Assembly (NCBI RefSeq): GCF_016433145.1
Contig: NC_058131.1
Span: 86,387,756 to 86,451,755, forward strand
DNA length: 64,000 nucleotides
Source of the DNA: Gracilinanus agilis
Lineage: Eukaryota
Direction of reading: 5' to 3'
Shown here: positions 49,641 through 61,204 of the stretch, piece by piece
Position numbering within the stretch: the first letter of the stretch is position 1
How the letters are laid out: every line of letters begins with the position of its first letter
The notes under the pieces: generated by a model
Told to the model about the DNA's origin: nothing
What the model saw: only the letters and a program-made list of their open reading frames with translations
Databases searched by the model: none
Made by a program: the position numbers and the translations under genes

Positions 49641-51384
49641 CAGATGAAACAAGTAAGGAAAACAGAGGGTTAAATGAATTGTCCAGTGTCACATGGCTAG
49701 TAAGTGTCTGAGTATGCAAAGAAACCACAGAGATCATTGTATGCACTTAGTGGACAAGTTTTCCAGCTTATGATGTTCAGTGGCTTCTAGATGGAAGAGT
49801 CCTTAGAAGGCATGTTATGGGGAAACACACTTATATTTGCAGTTAGAAGATGCATATTTTTATCCTGGCTTTGGCATTTTCAATATTTATTCACTGGGTT
49901 TACACAAATGTTTATAAAGTTAATTATGTATGTAGAAGATTGTCTGTGTGTCTGTGTGTATGTAGCTATTGGTAGTCTAAAAGAACTTCAGATCCCCAAG
50001 CTGCAATGGGAGAAATATATTTTCTTTAGGAAAATAATAGCCTTGCACAATATTCTCTAAGACTATGAATTATAGAGGTGGTATCCATTTCCATTTGTAG
50101 GGAAAATTCCTCACCTGGGATTTCTTATATTAATGAAATCACAGATCTAGTTTAAAAAATAGGGAAAACAAATTACTCTCAAAATTTCATTGGGATCTCT
50201 TATTCTCATTATCCTGTATTCTTTATTCCAACATAGGGTAATTTAAGGGGAGTTATGTTAATGATTATGTAGTTAGTTACCAGAGATAGAGGACTAAGCT
50301 AATGACATCAATAACCACTTTCTTTTTGGGCTAGATGACTTTTCTCATTTCAGAGCCACTGGATGCTATGCTCCCCCTCTGATAAACTGACTGATGGAGT
50401 GAGCGTTTTTTATTATTCACACTGAAAACAGGATAAGATGGTATAGTATACCGAGAAGCAGCACAAATTCTTCGTAAACATTAGTCAAACTAATGGCAAA
50501 ACTATAGGCATTTCTGATACAGAGTCAGGACCATCACCTTGGTATACAAGTAACATTCTATGTTATTATATCCAAACCTATTTATTGACCTAGATAATTT
50601 TGGAAGGGATTTAGCGCTATGAGGTTTCTTTTTTTACATAGCCTATCGGCCAGGAAAAAAGCATACAGCCCTTCACACTAGAGTGAGATCTCCTTAGTAG
50701 TAATATCGACTTGAGACTCAATAGGTCCAGAGAGCACAGATAACAGAGTACCTCACATATATCATCATATGTACAAGGAAATATTCTTCTGGCCTCATCT
50801 AACCCTTGGGACTCCAAAAGCATTTGCAGACATTTCAGTAACTATCTACATGACCTAGAGGTGCTCTTTAAGAAACTGGGACACAGCGTGTGCTAAATCC
50901 AGACCTGACACTAATTCATTATGGTCGACTGGTTGCTGCCTTATGGTGAATGGCCCAGGGGAACCCTGAACTCCTTACAAATGAAGAATCTAAGCCAATG
51001 AATTGCTGGATGCCCAGTGAAATAAAAGACTATGGAATGCCCTTTCTTGATCTGATACTCTCTCCAGAGTAGCGAGATCACATTTCAAGAAAAATCTTTC
51101 TGGAGCATAAATGCAGTCCTAGCTAATCAAGGGGCACATTCAGCTTTTGAAAAAGTGATGTTTTTATTGCATTTACCTTCTTTCATCTCAAACATCACAT
51201 CAAGCTAGGAGACCTGCAAGGAGAGGTGACATTCCTTGGTCTTTCCCCAAAATCTTGATCCACTTGATGAATACTGTTATAGTCATTTGACCTTGGTTGT
51301 TTAACAGTTGTTAATCTGTATTGGCAGAGAGAGCCTCCTCCCTAATCCACTTATAAGTCTAGAATAAAAGCAATAGCAGCCATT

Positions 51385-51510
51385 ACTACTGGTACTGGTA
51401 CTGGTACTGGTACTGGTACTGGTGCTGGTGCTGGTATTGGTGCTGCTGCTGCTATTAATACTACTACTATACTACTACTACTACTACTTCTACAACTGCA
51501 GCAGCAACAA
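51385..51510. repeat. Compound microsatellite (TACTGG)n-(TGCTGG)-(TGC)n-(TAC)n
   Basis: Direct reading. Confidence 0.95.
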
Positions 51511-52309
51511 CTTAATATTTTTAGTGAACATAAGGGAGGAAATAGGACATGGTAAAGCCATATTTTCTTTCTGTTTGAGTAAGTTGGAAAAAGACTTCAG
51601 ACATACCTAAAAGTGCAATTCTAAAAGTTCTTGAACATCTCTGAGAGTTCTGAAACTTCCAGATGAACCAACCTAGTGATGCATAGAGGAGAAACACCGG
51701 AATATCGATTTAAATATCTTTATAATTCACCTCCAGAATCAGGTTTTGGGGATGACCTTTCTGCGAGGGGTAAGAAACAGAGCTAGGTCAGAATAGGTCA
51801 CACAGACTTATTCCATTTCAGGATCACTCCCCAAAAGCCTACTTTAGTTTCAGTCCATATGAAGAAGATCCCAGTGGACTAGTTCATTTCAGAAATTCCA
51901 TTTTAGTCTGGAAATTACAGCATCTTGAATGGTTATGGTCAAAAAGGCTAGGTTGGGAGCATGGACTATTTTTCTGTTTTTGATCAGAATAAAAACCTTA
52001 AGACATATGTGTCTATCTAAGTCAAACAGCACCTTAGATATAATATGATCCACCCTCTTTTCAGGATTTGGACAAGCACTTGCCAGAAATGTTAGTTATA
52101 ATTCCTTTGTTACACAGGTTGAACTAGATGGCCACTGAGATGCCTTCCAAGTTTTATATTCTGTGTTTTCCTCATTTACCAGATAAGAAAATAGGGAAGC
52201 ATAGAGAGGCTAAATTATTTGCTCATGGTTCATTTTTGTGGTCTATATAAGTAAGAGAGCCCAAAGTCATTGAATATAGATGCAAAAATAAGAGTTTTCT
52301 GAGATTACT

Positions 52310-52440
52310 TTTTTAATACCTTCATTTTATAATTGAGGAAACTGAGGCCCAAGAAATCAGAGTACTTGTGCAAGCTCACAAAGATAGTAAGTAACAAAGT
52401 CACGATCTGAATATACGTCTCTGACTCCAAATCTGTAATT
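52310..52440 (-). mobile_element. MIR fragment
   Basis: ttcattttataattgaggaaactgaggcccaag...ctctgactccaaat. Confidence 0.75.
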
Positions 52441-52619
52441 CTTTTTACCAAACTTCATTTCCTTCTATTTCCTTAGATTTAGAATTATTGAATCTTCCTA
52501 AGACTTCCATTATATAACAAAGAGAGCTAGATTTGGAGTCTAGGGATGTGGGTTTAAATAATAGTTTTACTATTTATTTAGTATATGTACAGCCTCAGAC
52601 CAGTCTCATTTGTTTTTGA

Positions 52620-52915
52620 AGCAGCAAGGTAGGATAATAGTTAAAACACAGGCCTTGAAATTAGGAACAAGAGTTCAAATCCTGCCTCAGGCCTTGAAAT
52701 TAGGAACAAGAGTTCAAATCCTGCCTCAGATACTTATTTACTAACTTGTATGATTCTGGGCAAGCCACTTAAGTCCTCTCTAATTTGAAGTTATTTAACC
52801 TTTCTCAGCCTTCGTTTCCTCACTTGAGCATATACCTCACATGTTTGTTATAAAGACTGAATTAAGTAATATGTTTTAAACATGCTTTACTAATTTAAAA
52901 AAAACTATATAAATG
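52620..52915 (+). mobile_element. MIR SINE with an internal perfect 39-bp tandem duplication
   Basis: gagttcaaatcctgcctcag occurs twice; ...tgattctgggcaagccactt...ccttcgtttcctcac. Confidence 0.85.
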
Positions 52916-53821
52916 TTCACTCAGTTCATTATAAACTAAGGGGGTAGGAGTAGATGATCTCCAGGCTTCCTTCCAGCTCTAAATCTTTAGATACTATTTT
53001 TCTTCATTTAGACTATATACAGATACAATATTTACTTTTTTTTAACCTTTTTTTAAGTAAGAGGGAGAAAACAATTTAGAAAGATGCAAGTTCATTATTC
53101 ACTTAAATGAAATTTATGCACATTCCCATAGCCCTTCTCTACTCACTTATTTCTTGTCTGAGGAACCTATCATGAAGGTGTCCCTACAATAAATTAGGAG
53201 GGATTTTAATAATGACAGGCAGAAAGAAAGAGCCTGCCTTTCATTGTTTTTTCCTACCAACTTGCTCCTAGGACAATCTTCAAAGCATCAATTCCAGAAG
53301 AAATCCCTGTCATAGAAGCAAGCAGGAGATGATTGCTAAACTCAATGAAAGTGGCCAATTTTGAAAGAAAAAAAGTGAAAAGAGAAAGGAAGCCAGTTCA
53401 GAACCCTCAGTGAGGAAATAAATATTCACCAGAAACCTATTCTTCTTTCCTATAGAAGACAAAGAGTTATACAGTGTATGAGACAAAAATGGGGAGATTC
53501 TCAATCTATATTGTGTACAAAGCCCTAAATGTCCCTAACTTGTTATCAACCACTGCCCTTTACCTATTTCTCCCCAGAATAGCAACCCAGTCTGTTGTTA
53601 CTCATCAAGATTCTAATATATCTTGATTTGCTGGCGTCCCACTCTAGTTTAAAGGTACTGGTCATTTTTACAAATTCTTGTAGGCACTTCAGCTAAGTGA
53701 AAACTACAGAGGATCTAGAAATAAACTGGGTAAGATGTCAAATCAGGGGTTTAGGAAAGATCCAGCTGCAAGATTCTCTGACTTGTGTATGTTCGGGGAT
53801 CTAAATCAACCTGAATCTTAC

Positions 53822-53935
53822 CTTGGATGATTTGACCTCATATAACTTGAGTTTGAACAAAACTGGGGCAACAGGAGTAGAGGCTTCGCTATAACCTTCT
53901 TGCCATATCAGCAATATAGTGGAAGTATTCTTAGC
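53822..53935 (-). CDS. Candidate 114-nt exon (AKNTSTILLIWQEGYSEASTPVAPVLFKLKLYEVKSSK)
   Basis: tttcccatggctttag|G...CAAG|gtaaga; one open frame; no recognised homology. Confidence 0.15.
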
Positions 53936-54369
53936 CTAAAGCCATGGGAAATTACAGATCCTCTATGAGAGAAAGACACCTTAAATTTGAGACTCAAGCT
54001 TAGGTCATCTGCCTCCTTTTGAGAATACATGCAATCAGTGCTCCACAGGTAACTGATGCTCCACCATCAACTTTCCATTCTGAATAAGCGGGAAGAATAT
54101 CATCTTGAAGAAGGAACAACTCTAAAAATCAGTCTGTACAGAAGCAAACAGAGGAGCTCATACTCACTATCATCCATCTGCTTGCTTCTTTATTCTCTTT
54201 ATATATGACAAGAAACAACGGCATGAGTGTCAGCTTTGTAGTAAGTCCAAGTTACACCCACAGCTCAACACAGCCTACAGCACAGAGCAAGATTGCATCT
54301 AACCCACAGATTCAAGCTACTGTAAGAATTGATCTTTCTCACTGCAGACTCTCTAAAGATGTATAGAAT

Positions 54370-54720
54370 TTGCCCAAAACAAAGACCTTTGACTCATACT
54401 AAGCCAACGACAAACAATAAACTCCAGTGGCTCCAGGATCAAATGTTAAACCCTTTGTTTGGCTTTTTAAAGCCCTTCACAACAAGCCCCCTTCCTGTCT
54501 TTCCAATGAAATGCTTCATTCCTTTCCATGTGCTGAACAAACAAGAAATACTAGTCTTCTTGCTGTTCTTTAATACTCTATCTTTTGATTCTACTGCTTT
54601 TTACTGGCTGCCCACCTTAAGCCCTATCCCTGAAATTCTCTCTCATTTCTGAGGTCTGACTTCCCTAGCTTCTTTCAAGATTCAGCTGAATTTCCATGTT
54701 CTACTTCCATACTAGATCCT
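54370..54720 (+). mobile_element. L2 fragment
   Basis: aaactccagtggctccaggatcaaatgttaaaccctttgtttggcttttaaagccc. Confidence 0.75.
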
Positions 54721-54739
54721 TCTCTTAGCCATTATCTTT

Positions 54740-55210
54740 TATTTTTTAGGGTTTTTTTCCCAGATTACATATTAGTACAATTTTCAATAATTATTTTCTA
54801 GCATTTTGTGATACCATAATCTCTCCCTTCTACCCCCTTTCCTTCCCCAAGACAGCAGGTAATATAATATAGTTTATACATGCATTATTGTATAATACAT
54901 ATTTCCATGTTCATCATGGTGTGAAAGAACACTTACACTAGAGAAAATTTCATGGGAGAAATAAAGGGATGAATGGCATGCTCCAGTCTGCATTCAGGCA
55001 GTAGAGAGCCTTTTTCATCATGAGGCCATGCTTCCCTTGGAGTTGTCCTGGATCCTTGTCCCATTGTTGATGAAAAGTCATTTACAGTTGATCATTGTAC
55101 TTTACTGCTGTTATTGTGTACAATGTTCTCCTGGTTCTGCTCACTTCACTTTGCATCACTTCATATAAGTCTTCCCAACTCTTTTTATGATCAGCTTATT
55201 TGTCATTTCT
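54740..55210 (-). mobile_element. L1 3' end (older subfamily)
   Basis: catatttccatgttcatcatg...acagttgatcattgtac...tgtgtacaatgttctcctggttctgctcacttcactttgcatc. Confidence 0.85.
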
Positions 55211-55221
55211 CTGCAATTATC

Positions 55222-55480
55222 TTTTGTTTGTTATTGTTCAGTTGCTTTGGTTGAGTCCGACTCTTTGTGACTTCATTTGAGTTTTCTTGGCAGAGATACT
55301 GGAGGGCTCTGTGATTTTCTTCTCCAGCTTATTTCACAGAGGAAGAAACTGAGACAAACTGGATAAAGTGACTTTCCCAGGATTGCAGAGCTAGTAAGTG
55401 TCTGAGGTGAGATTTGAACTCAGGAAGATGAGTCTTTATGACTCCAGGCCCAAGAGTAGTCAATCTGCTAAACTATCTAG
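55222..55480 (-). mobile_element. MAR1-type SINE
   Basis: tgttattgttcagttgc...gttttcttggcagagatactggag...gatttgaactcaggaagatgagtc. Confidence 0.9.
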
Positions 55481-55660
55481 ATGCTCCATATCCATTGTAT
55501 CTGGTGTGAACAGTTTTGCATATTGTCTCTCCCATTAGAATATGAGTCTTTGAAGATACTCTTTTTGCCTTTTTTGGTTTTCCTAATGTTTAGCTTAGCA
55601 TGGAGACTGGCACACAGTAAATGCTTTATAAATGCTGACCTACCAGTATAAATAGAATAC
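55480..55660 (+). mobile_element. L2 3' end
   Basis: tgtctctcccattagaatatgag...ggcacacagtaaatgctttataaatgc. Confidence 0.8.
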
Positions 55661-55787
55661 TTAAACAAATAATTATTTCATTTTGGCATTTACTTCCCTA
55701 TAAAATTTGGATATCAGACTTTTGAAACTAGACTTGGGAATACAAGTGAAGCCTTGGAGGGTAGTCCCTGGACTGTGAATTCTCAAT

Positions 55788-56040
55788 GTTTAGTTGTTTT
55801 TCAGTCATGCCTGACTCTTGAAGCTCCCATTTGGGGTCTTCCTGGCAAAGGTCCTGGAATTGCCTTTTCCTTCTCCAGAACATATGGACAAATGAGGAAA
55901 TTGAGATGCACAGAGTTAAATGACTTGCCAAGGGTGACAGACCTAGAAAGTGTCTGAGGTCACATTTGAACTCAAGTCTTCCTGAATAAAGAATAAAGTT
56001 CCTGCCTAGAACTTTATGCACTGGGCCACTTAGCTGTCTC
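55788..56040 (-). mobile_element. MAR1-type SINE
   Basis: tttcagtcatgcctgactc...cccatttggggtcttcctggcaaagg...atttgaactcaagtcttcctga. Confidence 0.88.
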
Positions 56041-56437
56041 AGTGAATTCTAATGAAAAATAAAGAGCCATTTTTGTTCACTGTTAACTGTAGTTATATGC
56101 CATTTTCAAGAGTAAAGAATCATACTGCATTTGTAAGATGGCATCAGTGCATGGTGCACCTTGGTGTACTCTGTAAAGCAGACTCATTTCCTCATCAAGA
56201 AAATTGTAGATATACTATATATGTTTGTGTTTATATGTATAGTTCTATGTTAGGTGTGTACACTTTGTAAATTATTAAAATGAACAAGACAGGAAAAAGA
56301 GCTCTTTCCATTCCCATCCATAATAGCTAGTTTGTGACTCGAGGGATGGACTCTGAGAGATTAACAGTCCTGAATGGAACCAGGTGCTGAAGGCTTCTTC
56401 AGGCAGGTTCTTTCCACAGCTGTTCCTCTCCTCTCAC

Positions 56438-56465
56438 CTGCAGCCTTGGTTTTATTGATTAAAAC
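56438..56465 (-). CDS. Candidate 28-nt microexon (VLINKTKAA)
   Basis: tttggttttcag|GTTTTAATCAATAAAACCAAGGCTGCAG|gtgaga; both sites near consensus; only one frame open. Confidence 0.25.
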
Positions 56466-57384
56466 CTGAAAACCAAATTACAGCTATAAAGCTCATTATG
56501 ATGTTTTCCCCATTGACCAGAATTAGTACCCTGCTTTCCATCATATTTAAGTTTTATATGTTCATTTCAAACTTGAAGTCAAATCCATATTATGGACTTT
56601 GTGGACCTTTTTCATGGACTTTCCATGTTATATTCTATAAGTCCTTTCTTGATATTCTTGATATATATTGGCCATATGACCCTACTTAAGGCACTTATCT
56701 TCTCAATGCCCCAGACAACTATAAACTGCATTGCACATGTGAATGTGCCTTGTTTCTTCAGATCCCTCTGATTTATCACATTTATTAAATCACCGATATG
56801 GATTCCCCCCATAGGCTAACATATTATTGCTATATAAATATCAGTAATATAAATATTATAATTTTCCTTTTACAGATGTGGGGGGAAAAGAAGCTCAGAG
56901 CATCCAAATAAGTACTGCCTTTGGAGTTACAGGAAAAATGCCAAGTTTGGTGTGATAGGACCTGGGGTCTAATCCCAACTAAGCCACCTTTGTGACTCGA
57001 CAAACCACTGATCCTTTCAGATTCTCTATTTCTTAATCTTTAAAACGAAAGCATTGCTCCCAGACTTTGAGTTAAAGAATCTTTATAACTCTAAATCTTA
57101 AATTCTGGCTCTGTTACCACATGTGTGACCTTGGATTAATCACTTGAATTCTCTGAACTTCAGTTACCTTAATTATAAAGTAAGAGGGTTAGAATAGGCT
57201 TTCGGCTATCCTCCAGCACCATAGAACTAATCTAATCTCATGAAGTCATAGCTAGAACAAAAATCATCCAATCTCTAGGTCCCAGTTGCATTTATATTCC
57301 TTCATACTACTTCTACATAAGAGTTAAAGGCAGTGTGGAATTGGTAGGTACCATTGATAAGTGTCATCAGCTCTATATAGAATC

Positions 57385-57625
57385 ATGTTTAGCAGCTAAG
57401 CACAGTGGATAGTACACAGGACCTAGAATCAGCTAGACTTAAGTTCAAATCTGGCCTCAGACACTGGTTGTGTGATCCTGGACAAGACAGTTAATCTCTT
57501 TTTGACATAATTTCCTCAACAGTAAAATAAGATAAAAATAGCACCAATCTCAGGGATTGTTGTAAAGCTCAAATGAGATAATATTTGCAAAATGCTTAGC
57601 ATAGTGGCCTGTGCTTAGTAGGTGA
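57385..57625 (+). mobile_element. MIR SINE
   Basis: aagttcaaatctggcctcagacac...aaatgagataatatttgcaaaatgcttagcatagtggcc. Confidence 0.85.
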
Positions 57626-58144
57626 CAGATTCTTTCCCTTCTCTTCTCCTCTTACATTTTATTTTAATCTTCTCTTAATAGGAAAAATTAAGGAAAAGAA
57701 AAATACAGGCAAACAGGAATTATATAGTAACTTGTCATCATACATGTTATGCTACTTCCTACATTAAAATTATAATTATTTCACTTAAAGAAAGTATATC
57801 CCATTAAATCAAAGCAAATGAATTTGGTATTTGTGATTAGGAGTTAAGTAGACTCTCACCCATTCAACAAGGAAATGTACTTCCTCTTTGATTGTCCATG
57901 TAAACAACCCTGTGATCTTTTTTAGTGCCTTGGTGATAAATGAGAAACCACCTACACTTTTGCTCCTAGGCAACTGTCATTGGAATCAACATCCACTAGT
58001 TTCACTTTTCCATGGTCAGTAAGAGACTACAAAGGGAGTCACAGGGCCTTTGACCTTTCCTATTCTACATAAGTTATGATGTTTTATAAAGACCCAATAA
58101 AGGATTATATTCTGGGACTTCAGTGTGCTAGAAATATTCCCTGA

Positions 58145-58442
58145 GACTTGTGAGAAAGAATGCTATCCACATCGGGAGAAGGAACTGTGGGAGTAGAAAC
58201 AAAGAAGAAAAACATATGACTTATCATTTGTTTATATGGGAATATGATTCAGGATTTTGGTTTTAAAAGATTGATTTATTGCAAAAATGAGTAATATGGA
58301 AATAGTCATAAGTGATAACATTTGTATAACCCAGTAGAAGGGCTTATTGGCTCCGGGAGGTGGGAGGGAGAAGTGAGGGCAAGAAAATAAATCATGTAAA
58401 CATGGAAAAATATTAAAAATTAATTAAGTTAAAAAAAGAAAA
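58145..58442 (+). mobile_element. 5'-truncated L1 3' end with TSD
   Basis: A-rich tail; 15-bp TSD agaaatattccctga (58130-58144) / agaaatcttccctga (58443-58457), one mismatch. Confidence 0.9.
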
Positions 58443-58479
58443 AGAAATCTTCCCTGAAAGGGCCTTCAGGATCTTCTAT

Positions 58480-58925
58480 ATTAGGAGCTTTTAACTCGGA
58501 ATCCCTAAATTTGATTTTTTTTAATAGATTTTAAAAACTATAATAGTTTCTTTTGAAATCCTTTTTTATATTTTTCCATATTACAAATCGATACAATTTT
58601 AATAATCATTTTCTAATATTTTTCTATCCATGTTCTCTCCCTCCCTCCCCACCTTCCCCTCTCCTCAAAATGGCAGGCAATATAATCTAGATTGTACATA
58701 TGTTATCATATTATACATATTTCCATATTCATCATGTTGTGAAAGAAGACATATTTCTTATATTAGAGAAAAATTCTTGAAGGAAATAAATTTAAAATGA
58801 TATGCTTCAATCTGTAGTTAGACTCCACCAATTCCTTCTATGGTAGTGGATACCTGAGTATTTTATTTCATGCATCTTAGAAGGAATCCATAGGCTTCTA
58901 TAGATGGCCAAAAGGGTCCAGCATA
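58480..58925. mobile_element. Old hAT MITE (copy 3, reversed) split by an L1 3' fragment (-, about 58565-58855)
   Basis: MITE halves ...aaactataatagtttcttttgaaatcc and ttttatttcatgcat...ccataggcttc...ggccaaaagggtcc flank L1 tail motifs. Confidence 0.65.
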
Positions 58926-59409
58926 CCTACACATATACACAAGCAGCAACAAAAACAAAGATTCCTGCTATTTATTATAGAATGGTCATATTTGACTATT
59001 ATAAGACTCATTGAAGCTTTCAGGTTTTTGAGGAAATTCAGTGTGAGAGATTCAGATTATGTAGAGCCTTTTCAGAGTGGTGGAAAGACTTAACCAGTCT
59101 TTTTTCCTTTTTGTTTCTTTTGTCAACTCTTACTAAAGAAGGTAACTCCAAATATACTGGCTACCAAGTTCCTCCCTAGTTTTCTAATATCTGTCAAAAG
59201 ACCTTATACTCTATAACAAGTAAACTACCACCATTTATTGTTCTCTACCCACAGAGAAATTAGGGTCAGTGCTCTCACTTTCTAAAAGCTGATTTTTTTC
59301 TCTTTTTATGGATGCCTTTGGGAGTTGAGTCTGTGTGGTGCCAAGAACTAGAATGTCCCACTTGGATGGAATGAGTGTTTTCAATAACCATAATGAAAAC
59401 AGGCTACAT

Positions 59410-59550
59410 TTATTTAGTGTTTTATAGTTACAATGAGCTTTTGCATTCACAATCACATTCACACCTCACAACAATCCTGGTACCTAAGTGCTTCAGGTAT
59501 TGCTATTTCCATTTCACAAATGAGGAAATTGACCCTCAGAAAAGCTTAGT
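59410..59550 (-). mobile_element. MIR fragment
   Basis: cctcacaacaatcctgg...tccatttcacaaatgaggaaattga. Confidence 0.75.
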
Positions 59551-60052
59551 GAAGTTGGGAGTTCTTCTTCTCCTATTATATCCTTCTTAATGGGCAAAAT
59601 CTGTCATGCATTCACATACCAATTCTCAGACACATAATCCTAATTTGGATGGACTATTGAGTTCATGTGACTTATCATTTCTTAAATACGTACAGTGAAA
59701 AATCAATAGCAAACTATTTCAACAGTTTTACAAGGAAAATACAAGGGGAAAATGCATTTATTTATGGGTTAGAAGTCATAATTGACCATAACAAAAATTT
59801 TGGAAGAGCTGTATGACCCAATAACCAAAAGGCTACATATAATGGAATAAAATAAATGAACACCATTTTGTTGCTAATTGGAGTACAGTCTTGGGAACAA
59901 GACTGAGTGGCTAACTAGAAAGAAATATGTACTCATGCTCTACAGTGGTTGGGATATTATAAATAAATTAGAAATAGGCCTGAAATATTCCATAGCTAGA
60001 TCCTAAGAAACTTATCAAATTCTGTTGTCACTAAAAGTAAATATCAATTTTA

Positions 60053-60090
60053 TCACACCTAGAATAGAGACTTTTCTATTCTAGGTGTGA
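60053..60090. repeat. Perfect 16-bp inverted repeat with a 6-nt spacer
   Basis: tcacacctagaataga-gacttt-tctattctaggtgtga. Confidence 0.97.
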
Positions 60091-60834
60091 GAATCATTAT
60101 AGAAGAGTTTCCTTAGTTTAAGTACTGCCCATTCATGACTTCATCAGCAGATAGGAAGTTGAATTCAGAAAGAATTTTTTAGAACATTTTTGCCATGCTT
60201 CATCCTCTAAGTTCTAAGCAAGAGGATGAAACTTCCATCTTTTGGCATTCTCCTTTGTTTAAGTTTAAGCATAATGGTGTTCTTTAGCTCTTTAATTTAC
60301 TGTACCTGAGACAAAAAATAATTTATGAGCTCTAGAAAATAGATTCATAGAGATATACGCACACATATACATTTATGTATATATATATATATTTTCTTTG
60401 TTTCTAATCTGATCATACATTAAATTGAATATAAAGAGAAAAATTCACAAAAATGAATTTTGACCTAAAATTCTGATGGAAACTTGAATAACAATTTTGT
60501 TTACCAGAGGACTAATAAATCTTTTGAGACTCCTAAATCATGCAGTTAAGAACATAATAAACTTCCACTCTTCATTTTCTATCAAAATGAATTTTCCCCT
60601 TAGCATAGTGTAAGGACCACTGAAAATTCTCTAATCATCAGAAAAATAAAAATCAGCATCGATCTCATTTGCTACCTTTCAAATACATCTTTATAAGTAT
60701 GTGAATATATATGTTTATGTAGAAAATCACCACTTTTATAAATCTTTGTATCTAGATGTGGAGATCGAATTAGAAAATATATGTAAAATGATATAAAACA
60801 CAATAGAAATGTCAGCTATTATCACCATTATACT

Positions 60835-61070
60835 TCCCCTGTCCCCTTCATATAGAACTTCATTGGTTTAAGGACCAACTAGGGAAAACTCTACTCTAAT
60901 AATGCTGATAAACAAATATCTGGCAACTTATCTATTTAGTTGCCTAGAGAGATTGACACTAAATGACCTGTCCAGGGTCATACATCTAGCATATATTTCA
61001 TAGAAAAGATTTTAACTCAGGTTTTCCTAACTTGGATGCTCAGTCTATATCCACTATATCACATTGCCCT
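60835..61070 (-). mobile_element. CORE SINE with a distinct tail (same family as 41420)
   Basis: acttcattggtttaaggaccaactagggaaaactc...aatgacctgtccagggtcatac. Confidence 0.6.
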
Positions 61071-61204
61071 TCAATATTATTATTATCATATGGCATTTAA
61101 TATAATTAAACTGATAACATTTACATGATTGAACAAGATTATGTTACAATAAATTAATTATATTTTACAATCTTAATTGAAATATTTCTCTAAAATGTAT
61201 TTCA

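Noticed and set aside
56381-56440. Three E-boxes (CAGGTG, CAGCTG, CACCTG) within 60 bp
   Set aside because: Six-mers are frequent, and one of them is simply the candidate splice donor sequence.
59100-59146. Plus-strand 3-nt AAG microexon-like pattern (ctaaag|AAG|gtaact)
   Set aside because: AAG acceptors are rare, there is no UGC enhancer, and the pattern is easily produced by chance after a T-rich tract.
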